DNA of 63,595 nucleotides, filler included, from Perkinsus chesapeaki ATCC PRA-425 (lineage: Eukaryota > Protista > Perkinsozoa), in the NCBI GenBank assembly GCA_013115145.1. It is 5 parts of 5 records of this genome, joined end to end, with 100 filler letters (N's around TTAATTAATTAA, not from the genome) between each part and the next. Parts side by side here need not be neighbours in the genome. Positions count along the whole stretch, not along the records: positions 13,073 to 34,277 come from JAAPAO010000600.1; positions 34,378 to 48,337 come from JAAPAO010000767.1; 3 more parts are not named here. The stretch is one strand, 5' to 3'. The notes under the pieces were generated by a model. It did not search any database, had not been told where the DNA came from, and worked only from the letters and a program-made list of their open reading frames with translations. Shown in pieces: positions 23,501-34,869 of this stretch (its first letter is position 1; every line of letters begins with the position of its first letter). A program made the position numbers and the translations under genes.

Positions 23501-26406
23501 GCAGGAGGGTTTGATGGTAATCGAAAGGGCGTGGGTACGAATCCTGGTAGAGTCATTTTCAGCGTGGGGAGATGATGCTTTGGCTGCACCAGATGAAGAG
23601 GTTGATGTTGGAAATGCGTGGGGATCTGATGAAGATCTTGGTAGGAATGGGGGTATAGCGAAATCGATCACGTGATCGATTCTGTAGAAATTTTTGAAAA
23701 ATTTTCATTCCGGGCATTTGCTGGAGGTTTCTAGTGGTTTCGTGGAAAAAATAGAGGGACTGGGAATGACTTTCCTATTTAAGAAGCCGAAAAATTACGG
23801 GGACGATTTCAACTGAGGCCGGAGGTAGCTCAGAATATCTTCCTTTTCAGGTCTTGGAGATATAGATTTGCCTGCCAGTCCTCAAGATGAAGCGATTGAC
23901 GAGAGCATCGTGACACCAGGTAAGCGCGAGCTGGTGAGGGTTTGTGATGGTTTTGGTGGGCAGGTGAAGGATTCTGTAGAAGGTGGTTGAGAAATAGAAA
24001 ACTCGTGCCGGACTTGATCGCTGCTGGGGAGTTTGATGAAGCGTTGGGAATGCTGCAGAGGAGGTAATGGTTAAGATACGATGACGGAGGGACAACCGTG
24101 GGGAAGAACAATTTCGGCAGTTTGGTGATATTACAAAGTCGTATCAAATCTTCCTTGTTGCTCGAACTACCTTTCGGATCGTTGAACTGCTTCGCGAACG
24201 AACGGATGGGAGCGGTTAAGAATATGCAGTATATTAAAGCCTCGAAAATTGGTGTGTAAGTTGGGGAATAATATTAGTTTGGAATGTCGAATTGACAAAT
24301 GTTATCAAGTTGATGATACAGAAAGTTTTGCCTAATAATGTCTGTGAATCGAAAAAGTAAAATTATCGTAAGATTTTCTAATTTCCAAATAGTAGTGAAA
24401 GTACCAAAAGAAATCGTCTATCGTCGTTGAGATTTTTGGGTAAAATCGATATTTTCGTGAAAAATATTTTCTCCTCAGGATCGGCCTGATCAACGCAGCA
24501 CCATTAAAGCCGCTGTTCGAAGAGATCTACTCCGCCACTCGCTGCAGGTAAAAAATTTTCCCGCCGGAAAAGAATTATTTTTCCAGTTTGCCGTCGTTGC
24601 CGCTGGAACCCTCTGTTGGGCTTCCGGTCGTCACTGCTACGAGCAAGCTTGGTGTGCCGAATGCGGAAATAGAACCAGCAGGGTTGTTCACGGTAGGAGG
24701 CAAAATCTGATATGAAAGATTTCTTGTACCAGGTTCAATTTTTGTTGGGAAAGCTGAGAGAAGGACACAAGCTTACTACGATGGGGAAGTTCAAGGATTC
24801 TCTGGAGGTGTTTAGATATGTAAGATGAAATCGATCGGGTAATCGATTTGGTCGATAGCTAATGTCATATATCTGAGGGATGGGAAGCGGTCTGCCGTCG
24901 TGGCCCGGAGTGTTTCGTTCGAACTGTTCGGAAGGTCGGTTCTCGAGAAAAAACTTTACAGATTTAGGATCATTCTAATGCAAGTGTTAGCTGCTTTGCT
25001 ACAATCGATCACGCGATCGATTTTGGTAACGTTAGGTTCTTCAAGCGTGCACTATGGCAACTGCTGCTAATAGTGAGGAGGAAGCTCAGTTGACCGAGTT
25101 CATCGAGGTTTGCTCTCAGTAATAGCAAATTATTTTTTCCACGGAAAAAATTATATTTCCGTTCTCAGATACGTACAGGGCATGCGGCTGGAGACTACCA
25201 GAAGGGAGCTTCCTCACGATCAGGTGAGATGCGTTATTGATTGAAAAAATGAATCTTTCTCGAAAGTTAGAGTTCGTGAAAGAGTTGTTCTCGTTTCGCG
25301 CTCGTAAGTGATTTGGCGAGCAGTGGCATCGGAAAATTAGTTACTTGGTCTACAGGAAATATTTTTCGCACATTTTTCTGTTAGAAATTGGAAGAGTATT
25401 TTCAGTTGAAGAAAAGAGTTGAAACATTTTCCCAATTATTCTGACATTGTCGCATTGAAAAGTAGAAGCAAGAGAAGGAATGCGCAAAGGTCGCAGTGTG
25501 TCGCACGGCTTTGTGCGGCACAGAGTTGGACTGAACCAAAAAATGTCTCGGAAAACGCATATGAAAAGCGGGAAATAGAACATTGAAGGGACCGTGGAGG
25601 CGCTATGATTGGTGAAAGTAATTTAATTCACTTGTCGTTTTTTCAGGTCTCTCGATCCTTGGAGCTCTCGGCATACTTCACCTGTGTGAATCTCCAACCA
25701 TCTCATCATTTACTCACCTTGAGAGCGGCCATGACACAGTGCTTTAAAGCGCATAATTACCTTACTGCAGCTAACATGGCTCGTAAGATATTTTGGGTTG
25801 AATTTTGGGAAGATTCATTTTAGGTCGATTGATGTTGGGCAATTTTGGGGCTAGTAAGACTCCAGAGGTTGTCAACCAGGCCAGGAAGATCTTGGCGGTT
25901 TGCGAGCAGCGCGGGACAGATGCGCACGAAATCGATTTTGATAGCAACGACACCGATCCTAAACTGACTATCTGCTCGAGATCGATGAGCGTCATATACC
26001 CCAACCGAGGTAAGGCAGTGCAAAAAAATACAGAAAATGCCAGAAAGTTGTGAAACTTTGGGAGATTCTTAATGAAGATTTTGTGGTTGATATACTTGTT
26101 TCCTTTTAAGAAAATAAGTCTCGCGAAATACTGGGACGATATGCTACCGATCTTCCTTTCTAGTGAATTGACCACGTTCGAGCGGCGGTTTTAAATCTAG
26201 TAAGATATTCCTATAGATAATATCATTCAGGTGAGGCTGTCGTCCGATGTCCCTATTGTAATGCCGACTACAAGGCAGAGTTCGCTGGAAGTCTCTGCGA
26301 TGTGTGCCAACTCTCAGAAATCGGTGCCCGTAAGTCTCCTGGAAATCACCAATACCTATTTATCACTTTTGTAGGTGTGCTCGGTGTGCAGTTCCGACCT
26401 CTGTAG
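14540..26406 (+). CDS. COPA: Coatomer subunit alpha (COPI), many exons
   Basis: [31 protein letters not shown]; WD40 repeats ([39 protein letters not shown]); [11 protein letters not shown]; C-terminal CPYCNA...[10 protein letters not shown]; stop at 26404-26406. Confidence 0.97.
18876..18911 (+). other. tRNA 3'-end fragment starting at the donor site of COPA intron 18876-19025
   Basis: GTAGGtcggagg-TTCGATC-cctgg-tgcgggc-A-tttt. Confidence 0.7.
19167..19421 (+). mobile_element. 255-nt COPA intron with a subterminal palindrome at both ends (candidate introner/MITE-like)
   Basis: aatcgatcaggtgatcgata at 19181-19200 and aatcgattaagtgatcgatt at 19381-19400. Flanking exons join as DQQNV-C-SYDLY. 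Confidence 0.55.
20039..20261 (+). mobile_element. 223-nt COPA intron with a subterminal palindrome at both ends (candidate introner/MITE-like)
   Basis: aatcgatcaggtgatcgatt at 20049-20068 and aatcgatcgcgtgatcgatt at 20231-20250. CAAG|GT occurs at both junctions. Confidence 0.6.
20378..20426 (+). other. 49-nt COPA intron made of a tRNA 3'-end fragment
   Basis: GTAGGcacagg-TTCGATC-ccggc-acctgtc-A-ttattcctgtatttttAG. Confidence 0.7.
22151..22194 (+). other. 44-nt COPA intron made of a tRNA 3'-end fragment plus oligo-T
   Basis: GTAAGtcgcagg-TTCGAAT-cccag-gagaggt-A-tttttattttAG. Confidence 0.75.
23641..23850 (+). repeat. 210-nt COPA intron with one perfect 20-bp palindrome near the donor
   Basis: AATCGATCACGTGATCGATT at 23662-23681; no partner seen at the 3' end. 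Confidence 0.7.
24820..25035 (+). mobile_element. 216-nt COPA intron with a subterminal palindrome at both ends (candidate introner/MITE-like)
   Basis: aatcgatcgggtaatcgatt at 24829-24848 and aatcgatcacgcgatcgatt at 25003-25022. Exons join as VFRY|VLQA. Confidence 0.6.
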
Positions 26407-26551
26407 AGACAAAAGCGCACGCCCGGCTGATCGATTTGATCTGGTCGGTAGGTTTCTGGTCGGCAATATTTCCTTTGAGATTTCGGTTTGGGTTTGGCTT
26501 GATTGAGGGGTAATTTTCAAGTGTAATTGAAATCACTGTTTCCATTGTAAA

Positions 26552-27824
26552 ATGTCCGACACTCCGGCTGATAACCACAATGAAGAGGAGCAGAAGGACC
26601 AGGAGCAACCTCAATCTTTGCAGCTCAAGGTGAGATCACGTCTCAATATCATTATTTATTCGTAAGTTAGAGAAGTATTTATTTGTCTTGCAGTCTGTAA
26701 CTTACAGATGGTTGAAATCTCATTGTCGCTCAATCGCTAGGGACAGAACTCTACTAACATCCGAGAGCGTTTTCACTAACGGTTGGCTTCGGCAGAATTC
26801 GGAGGCCGGAATTCGCTCGGACGTTTCACTGTGGATCGGGTTCGCAGATTGGTGATCAGCCATATGGTTATTATCTCGAATGTATTCATCAAAAACCGTG
26901 GCTCGTTTAGGGTGACGGATTGCAATGGTGCCGTTGCAGACTGGTTTATGATAACTGACCGCGTCGATGAATCGTGAGCTTGAAATAATTAATTTTAAAG
27001 TTTCGTGCCGGAGTGTTCGGTTGTTATTTGGCTGATTGATTAGGTGAAGAATGCCGAAGGTAAAGAAGTGATATTCAAGCTGAAGCGAGGCACCCCTCTG
27101 CGCAAGGTGAGGGCGAACAGAACGACGAGATTGGACCACATATATTATCAATGACAATTTATCATTGCTTGTGTGAATATATATAATAGCAGTCCTGCTA
27201 GTAACGTTTCTCTCCGTGTGGAGATTCGCGGGCGTTTCATGACGAGATGCAATCGTCATGATCGTTTTCTAATTTATCGTTTATTATACCGGTTCAATTG
27301 CATTCGTTCCAATCCTCGCATGAGGGATAATTGTAACCGTTAGTTGTTAAGAGTGTTCGAAGAGAAACTGTGCGGTATTAGCAATTTTTCTCTCCAGGAA
27401 TTTTCCGCCTTCGGTATTTTTCTCTCGTTTTATGCGCGTGAATTCAAAACCTGCTTGGGCGGTGTGTCTGTGATCTTTTCATTTCAGTTGATGGATGCCT
27501 ATTGCACTAGAGAGGGTTTGCCAACAGACGGCGTGAGATTTCTATATGATGGAGAGAGAATAAACCGCGATCAAACCCCTCAGGAGTTGGACATGCAGGA
27601 TCAGGATGAAATCGATGTAAATATTTTTTATGCTAGAAATCTAGAATGATAACCAATAAGTCAAGATGTTCGTTAATAACGAATCGTTATCCATGATATG
27701 AGCTGACCTTCTCATTGTAGCTAGTTTCCGGCGATGACCAACTGTCAGGATTTCATTGTGTGTTTCATTTGCGTTACTTTTTTAGGCTCTTGTGGAACAG
27801 ACTGGCGGTTTCGGTTGCTCTTAA
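26552..27824 (+). CDS. SUMO: SUMO precursor, 4 exons
   Basis: QLKVKNAEGKEVIFKLKRGTPLRKLMDAYCTREG...VRFLYDGERIN...DQDEIDALVEQTGG plus FGCS tail. Confidence 0.95.
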
Positions 27825-29388
27825 AATGGAGAATGCTGATGCGGTTTATGCGGGATAAATACGAGAAGCTTCTATAATATAATTTGTGTTGAGTTATTGG
27901 AAGTAACAAGGCCGACAGGAACAATCAAGGCAGTACTGAGTACGTAGACTCCGATTAATCGGAAATTGCCCGACTAAAAACGTGCAATGACGTTCGTCGC
28001 ACCCAACGTCCCTTGGAAGTGCTACTCGGTATCAAAAAGGCATCAGGCATCATGGTTTTTAGATGGGCTCAGAAGTGCCGCGAGAACAGGCTACTCGACC
28101 ACAAGGTTACAAGGTCTGGTAGAGCACTGGTGCTTGCACTCTGCAAGTTGTACATCTGTTTCATCTTTTGTTATAATAAGTTATTATTAATAACCAAGAC
28201 TAGGCAAGAGGGGAGTCTACAGAGACTTCTTATCACAGGGGGAATTAACTGTGCACGCATGTACGCTAATTACGCTATTCAACGTCATGGTGACGTTAAG
28301 TAGAGCTCCCGTCATCCACAGTACCGTGGAGCAAACCTAAAGCCTTCTGTGGCAGCGAGTTCAAGTTCTGAACCGAACCTGGGGTTCAGGACTCGCGAAC
28401 AGAAGCAACTAAGCACCGCTGCTTCACTGGCTTTCAAGAGCGTTTTATGGAGTTTAGATTACACAGCGCGTAATTGCTCGATTTCACGCAAATTATACGT
28501 AAAACTCGCGATGTGTAAAAGCATGTACTCATCCCATGGTATGCGTATCATATATAAATGTTGCGGTAATTATGAAATAATACGCCAAGAGTCCGGCAAT
28601 CAAGCGGATCTAGGGTTTCTGAGGAAACATCAATCTCAATCTCTGGTTGGCGTTAGATAGGCGTCGGGCCTAAGACATGGACTATTCTAGGCTAGGATTT
28701 CTAGCCACATTCCTACTAATGGATGCGTTACCGCGAGCTTTGACACAACGTAAACGTACGGATCCAAAGCCCGTTACTTTGTGCAAGGTCAATCGGAGAG
28801 TACTCGGGACACGTGTGACCTGCGTGATCAAGGATTGGCCGGTCAAAATCATGACGGCGAAGCAACGCCACTGCCTTTTGCGGCAGTGGACGCGCGCGGT
28901 ATATTACGGCTCCGAGCAGAACCGAGCCGTTTAAGATTTTGACCATTTTAAAGCATAAAACCCCTATGTTGACATAGTATATTTTGTACGCGTTGTGTAA
29001 TATGCGTTTTACGTACAGTGGAACCGCTCTGGTTGCAGAGATTGGGCCACTGAGACTGGACTGACGTCGGCGCGTGCATCAGTTTATGCTATGATTCCAA
29101 CTATAAATTTCAGAATATCATTCACCATCTCATGTGAAACTTATTGTACACGCAACCCGCCAGATTCCTTATGAAGAGGCTGATCAACAGCTGAAGCTGG
29201 AAAGTATTATCTTACACCGATACCGTACGACTCTCTGAGACGTAACATGAAAAACGGTGCTTAAGTTAATGAGGATGCTTATCAATGATAAGTTATGATA
29301 ATGGGCGATATGCCATGCGGTGCATGGCGTACATATCGTATGCTACATTCAACGGAGCACAATGGTAAAACGTTCGACAACTCAAACG

Positions 29389-30219
29389 TTAACACGGTAC
29401 GAACGGCAACCTCAAACCGTCTACCAACTGTAGATGGAGCTCTCTGTGTAGAAAATCATAGGCCAAAGCCCGGTTACCGGTCCAATAGCTTTCTTGCGAT
29501 GGGTAGATATATTCACCAAACCTCTTCAACGATTCTTCAAAGTTCGGATCGAATGCTTCAAGCAACTTCGTGAAGTTCGTATAAGGGGTCTTTATTAGGG
29601 AAATTGAAAACCCACCCAAGATGTAGTCGGAATCACTCAAGTGCATGTCAAACTTGCCGAGCTCCCTACCATCCTTGCTAATGGTGCAAGTGCTATCATA
29701 TACGGCCCCAACGTTGCTTAATCTCTCCTTGGAGCCGAATGTGACCCTGTAACCATTGTGGGAGCAGAAGTCCTGATCGAGGAGTGACACGTAACATGCT
29801 GTGTAGCTGAAACTAAGCCTGCCCCCGAGAACGATCTTATCGAAACCATACGGAGAGATTTCGATGTCTCCTTTCTCAAGGAAAGACTTGGGAATCCCCA
29901 TATACCAGCCAAATCTGCTCAACCTAGAGCGGGTATCCTCGAAGAGTACCAGGTTAAGAAGCGAGGCATTGTACATGGCGGAGCCCTTAACATGTTGACC
30001 GGTTAAGCTCAAGCCGTGAAGATCCATGGTTCCAATGGTGGACGGAGGGTCTCTCTTGACTACCAGGACCATTTGAACTCCTTTGGAGGGAGAATATGTC
30101 TCAACACAGTAGGCACCGTGAAGAAGGAAGGCTACGTTTTTCGTAGGCAGACATGGGGAGGCTGCGATACTTGTAGACAGAGTAGCAGCAATCAGGATGA
30201 GATGGAGACTGCCGGTCAT
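29389..30219 (-). CDS. Intronless putative secreted protein of unknown function (~276 aa from Met at 30219)
   Basis: Long ORF with signal-peptide-like start MTGSLHLILIAATLSTSIAASP; no recognised domain. Confidence 0.7.
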   Translation of the reverse strand: MTGSLHLILIAATLSTSIAASPCLPTKNVAFLLHGAYCVETYSPSKGVQMVLVVKRDPPSTIGTMDLHGLSLTGQHVKGSAMYNASLLNLVLFEDTRSRLSRFGWYMGIPKSFLEKGDIEISPYGFDKIVLGGRLSFSYTACYVSLLDQDFCSHNGYRVTFGSKERLSNVGAVYDSTCTISKDGRELGKFDMHLSDSDYILGGFSISLIKTPYTNFTKLLEAFDPNFEESLKRFGEYIYPSQESYWTGNRALAYDFLHRELHLQLVDGLRLPFVPC

Positions 30220-30324
30220 TTGGGGTGACAGAGAGAAGAGTACTAACAAGCGGTGTAGTTGGACTGTAATGCAAGCTACGACTTCTGATCGTTCGTATAT
30301 TTTCCTTTTCAGCAACAAGCTTAG

Positions 30325-30729
30325 CTCAAACACAAGTGAGAGACGAGACAACTAAGGATAAGAAGAAACCTCAGGATCGTAAAACCCTCAACCCAGACTG
30401 GAAGCCGGGACTCGACTATCAAGCACAATTGATCAGGTTTCACTAGTTCCACGCAGCTTATGGAGAGGCCCCGCGCTAAAGTAATTAGGAAGGGGCGCGT
30501 TCAACTGGTGGTGGTACACGTGCGGTGTGAGAACCCCACTCGGGTACTCATCCCTGCTACGTGCTCTAATACATGAAAAGCCATGAAGACTATATGAGCG
30601 GTGGCAACCCACCGGGAGCTATTCAGAAGCTCTTAGAAATAAATAGTTATGGTCCTCATTACGGGCCTACAGTAAATAAGGTTATGCGTCGAAGCTCTCT
30701 ACATTATGAGCTATAGCACACGTGCAACC
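30325..30729 (-). repeat. ~405-bp element, copy 1 of 2, directly 5' of the secreted-protein ORF
   Basis: Colinear similarity to 32572-32989 (shared blocks tagttccacgcag, ggtacacgt.cggtg, tgctacgtgctc, atatgagcggtg..acccaccg, gctattca.aagctc, ttatgcgtcgaagctc, cgtgcaac). Confidence 0.85.
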
Positions 30730-31511
30730 TGGCTTCGGTGTTGAAGGTACAAAATGGAGAAGCGGTGCTCGGCAGAACTCTTCGATGCGGATAACGTGCA
30801 TTTGATCACCGATTTGCATCGAGTCGAGTTACAAGTAATCATGGATATTTCTCATGTGGAGAATAACAACTTATCGGGCTACTTATTATCGAAGTCAAGG
30901 CACCACTATGAGATGCAGTTTTCTGGTCATTGACAATGACTGTCAATGGCCCATTTATAATGCCCATTAGACTCTCAATACATGACCTGTGCAACCGACG
31001 TACCACATGTAGCCCAGTCGTTGCCGTCAGTTTTGCAAACATGGTTACGTGCGGAGCACAAATGGAAAGCCGCAAAACTTGAAAACTGCAAAACCATGCC
31101 ATGGTATCCTTCCTCACGCTAATAGCATCTGTTAAGGAGACAGTCTCCGTACCACGTGCTATGCTATTGAGTGGATAACTTGAAAAACAAAGCAACAATG
31201 CTGGTAGTTCGATAACTTGAATGATCTGGTTATGAGAGACAGCGTAATAGCCATCGAAGTAGATAAGTCTCGTTAGCTAGAATGAGTACGGTATGCATGC
31301 TAGTAGAGGTCACGGATGTTCTGTAAACGTATTGAGAAATACAGAAGAGCATACATCATAGTTACCAAGTGCCTTTACAGCATCACGTTTTGCCTTCACC
31401 AGTTCTCCGGCAAAAGCGGCAAATTGAAAACGGCCAGCATACCAAGCACGATAGGACTCCTATCATAGAAGATAAAAAATGTGAGCATCTTGCTCACTAT
31501 TACAGTAATCA

Positions 31512-32495
31512 TCACTCTTGTGAGTTTGCCTCCTTATCTACTAATGTTCCGTAGAAGAATTTGAAAATGGTTCTAGCTGTGCTCAAGTTGCCGGTACCGC
31601 CTCTCATTGGCCAAGCATGTCCAACACCTTCCATTGAGGCCAGGTAAACTTCCTTCCCAACAGGACAGGTCGTGTATGCTTCAAGAACAGCGCCTCCTCG
31701 CTGACCAACTCTCCTTCTCGATTTCCTATCGCAATTCATCCTCTTAGCCCATCTCGAGAAGTCACTCTCTACAGACGGAAAGGTCAAAAATGGGTGATCA
31801 CGGTCATCACGGCGCCCATTGTAAGGCACAAGCTTATCGTCCTTGCCATTTATTTTGATAATCCTCTGCACCTCACTAGGGGTAGGCTTGAAGGCATCAT
31901 CACATACCTTATACCCTCTTTTTAGTCCAGGTTCGAGAGTTAAGATACCAGCAACTGAGGCCGCTTGAGAAACGATGTTATAGCATAATAGAGCTTCAGC
32001 TAGCATTCCACCGTTGCTAACACCGAGGGCGTACACTGGCATGTTGGTGACGTTAATTCTTCTTTCAACCTCAGGGATGAGTTGCTTCACAAAATCAATG
32101 TCATCGACTGACTTGTTAGATTGACAGCAGGTACCGGCATTGTAGCCCCACCCCCAGATCGATCCATTCCCAAAGTCAGGGCTCTGGAGAGGGCAGGGTG
32201 TGACTAGGGTAGCATTAAACTTCCTAGCTCTCTCCTTGATGCCATACAATACCATGTTCTCTTTCTGCCACTCGTCACACTTGTCTTGTGCTGGATCCCA
32301 GTCAACCAAAGTGAAGATTATGGCACTCGGTTTCTCCTTCCCAGAGTACGTCCAAAACGCCCGAGGCCTCCCCTGGTGGAGGAGCGTTGAACGCGTGTCA
32401 GTCCATATGTCGGGCTCGCTCGAGATGTCTGCCTTCAGACCATAAGCTCCTATGCTTAATCCAAAGACTACCAGGATGACAACCGGATAGGACAT
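31512..32495 (-). CDS. Secreted alpha/beta-hydrolase, PHB-depolymerase/LpqC-like esterase, 327 aa, intronless
   Basis: Signal peptide; YNAGTCC, DDIDFVKQLI, nucleophile elbow GVSNGG, acid DDKLVPY, His in GVGHAWP. Confidence 0.85.
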   Translation of the reverse strand: MSYPVVILVVFGLSIGAYGLKADISSEPDIWTDTRSTLLHQGRPRAFWTYSGKEKPSAIIFTLVDWDPAQDKCDEWQKENMVLYGIKERARKFNATLVTPCPLQSPDFGNGSIWGWGYNAGTCCQSNKSVDDIDFVKQLIPEVERRINVTNMPVYALGVSNGGMLAEALLCYNIVSQAASVAGILTLEPGLKRGYKVCDDAFKPTPSEVQRIIKINGKDDKLVPYNGRRDDRDHPFLTFPSVESDFSRWAKRMNCDRKSRRRVGQRGGAVLEAYTTCPVGKEVYLASMEGVGHAWPMRGGTGNLSTARTIFKFFYGTLVDKEANSQE

Positions 32496-32571
32496 TTTGA
32501 GGAAAAGTCACTATAAATGGTCTCAGCCATCGAGAAGGAGCTCAATCGTAGACTTGGTTAGGGGAGACGGA

Positions 32572-32989
32572 CTCAAATGAGGGTGATAGATAAGAAGCTA
32601 TTGATATGAGGAAACCACACAATTGTAAAAACCCGCTACCCTGAATGAACCCGTGACTCGAGTATCACGCGCGATTGATCAAATTCGTTAGTTCCACGCA
32701 GATAAGAAGGGTCCCCACGCTTAAGTGACTAGGAATGGGCGCGCTCCACTGGTCGAGGTACACGTACGGTGCTACCGCCCCAATCGGATTCTCGTCTTTG
32801 CTACGTGCTCCACGATACGATAAGTCATAATGACGATATGAGCGGTGACACCCACCGAAAGCTATTCATAAGCTCAGAACCTAAAGCTCTTGGAAGTGAT
32901 TAAGAAGCTCACGACAAGCCTACAATAAATAAGATTATGCGTCGAAGCTCATTACATTGTGACGTAGACCCTGTGGCACGCGTGCAACA
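32572..32989 (-). repeat. ~418-bp element, copy 2 of 2, directly 5' of the esterase
   Basis: Colinear diverged copy of 30325-30729. Confidence 0.85.
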
Positions 32990-33601
32990 CCACCCGGGGG
33001 GTGGTGACGTATCACCCTCTTACTCAAAATGATAGTGGAGGGGAATGTTGCGAGCAATGGTAGTTCTTATCTTAGTTGCCGAACGCAAAATACTAATACA
33101 GCTGCTGACGAATGGCGTATAGTATACACTGTATACATGATAATGATAAGCTTCAGATATTCTGCTAAGGAAGATGGCCAAACCTGTTGCCCGGACGCTA
33201 AGTCCAATGCCTCAGGTATGCCAATGTCGGGCTATTCGTGTGTGGCAATCGTACGTGTACCCGAGAAAAAGATATCAAGTGAATCAGCTAAAACTTTAGA
33301 TACCTTCAACAGGAATGGGAGAGAGAACATCTCCCGTATGCTTACACTGAGTGGATTGGCACGCGTGCGTTTGAGGTGTTGAGCGGGACCACGTGATATC
33401 AGAATCCTGCTGCTGGTGAGGGTGGTAGTACAGATGCTGTACAAGATATAAAGGGATATCAAGGTTGCTTAGCTCGCGGGCCATACTTGCAGGCTGCCAC
33501 CCTGCGTTCTGGCCTCGTATCGAGATATAAACAAAGCTGATAAGCCGTCAAACTATTGATTAAACCGCTGACAAATCAACTCTGAAGATGAGCCATGAAG
33601 C

Positions 33602-33658
33602 TAGCAGGAAGCTGGTAACCAGCTTCCTGCTACCAGCTTACTAACCACTGGTTAGTAA
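33602..33658. repeat. Nested perfect inverted repeats
   Basis: tagcaggaagctggt-a-accagcttcctgcta (15-bp arms) followed by ttactaacc...ggttagtaa. Confidence 0.9.
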
Positions 33659-34277
33659 CCAGCTGCTGGTTCCTAATAACAATATTGAAGATTAATTAGA
33701 CTCCTCAGAAGCCATTCCTCTGATGAGATAGCTAGTAACCATAGAAAATAATGGCAATCAATAGCGTCTGAATCAAAGGACTCTACACTCTACTAAGTAG
33801 AGTAATCCTCCAAGAGGACCTCTTACCAAGAAGTGCCCTACTAGAGCCTACTAGGAGGGTTTTAGGTTCCATGTCGGAGGTTAGACAACGATATCGATAG
33901 ACGGTCCTACGCATGGTTCACGTTTATCATGGAGGGGTTCAACAATAACCAGTAATGCGGGAGTGTGACGAATAAGACTAATATAGTTATACTACGTATA
34001 ACGCAGTAGTACGATTATATCTGAAGCTACATGAATCTGTTCCAAGCAACTTGTTTGAAACTAGATCGTCCATACTCACAGGCTGTGAGTCACAGCTCCT
34101 TACTCGGGGGGCATCAACGGCATGTCTGCTTATTAAAAAATCAATGAATAGTGTGAGAGTTTAGGATGCTCCCCAGCCGCCTGCTCATTGCCACTGTTCT
34201 TGCGTACAGTACGCGCAATCTAAAGACCCAATTTCGTGTGGCGAGCTCAACTTCTTAACTAGTGCTCATATCAACCT

Positions 34278-34377
34278 NNNNNNNNNNNNNNNNNNNNNNN
34301 NNNNNNNNNNNNNNNNNNNNNTTAATTAATTAANNNNNNNNNNNNNNNNNNNNNNNNNNNNNNNNNNNNNNNNNNNN
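34278..34377. other. Artificial scaffold gap linker
   Basis: N44-TTAATTAATTAA-N44. Confidence 0.99.
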
Positions 34378-34443
34378 TGATGTGGGGGGGAAAATTTCAA
34401 GTCGTGGTGCTAGCGAGCCCGCATATTGGTTGTAGTGAGCCCT

Positions 34444-34480
34444 GTGGCCGCGGGTTCGACCCCTGGAAAACACATTTTTT
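34444..34480 (+). other. Decayed tRNA 3'-end fragment (Val-like) with T6
   Basis: gtggccgcggg-TTCGACC-cctgg-aaaacac-A-tttttt. Follows a GTGAG, possibly intronic in a gene cut by the gap. Confidence 0.6.
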
Positions 34481-34869
34481 CTGTCCTTTCATTTTCATTC
34501 TTGCTTTGTGGACTGTTTCGAATAAGTTTTCACAGGGGAGTAGACGACGCTAACCTTGTTAGGAAAATCCAATTATAAAGAACTATTCACATCCCAAAGT
34601 AAACTCAGAAGTCGAATACCAATGATGACGTCTAGAACAAGAGATGACTGGCGAGATATATAGAGGGGTCTATCTTCAATAGTTTACAGCTGCATAGTTG
34701 ATTCTCTAGAAGCATAGGATGTTATCGATTCCAGTATGAGGTTCTAAGTTAACCTCTCTTGAATCTTAGAGATTTACTCGAACCTACTCGGGATAGTAAA
34801 ATGCTTTGAATTGATTGTCAGTGCATTCGTACTGCCCTATTCCCCTTATTAAGGGGTACCACCTATTTA

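Noticed and set aside
28677-28934. 85-aa ORF with hydrophobic start and nearby small hairpins
   Set aside because: Short, no domain, no supporting structure.
32515-32550. agccatc...gctcaa resembling the Perkinsus/dinoflagellate spliced leader
   Set aside because: Gapped, partial and on the wrong strand for the esterase. I saw no SL or SL relic upstream of any intronless gene.
33029-33484. GIPEAL segment reminiscent of an integrase core
   Set aside because: Single short motif, no DDE context, stops in frame.
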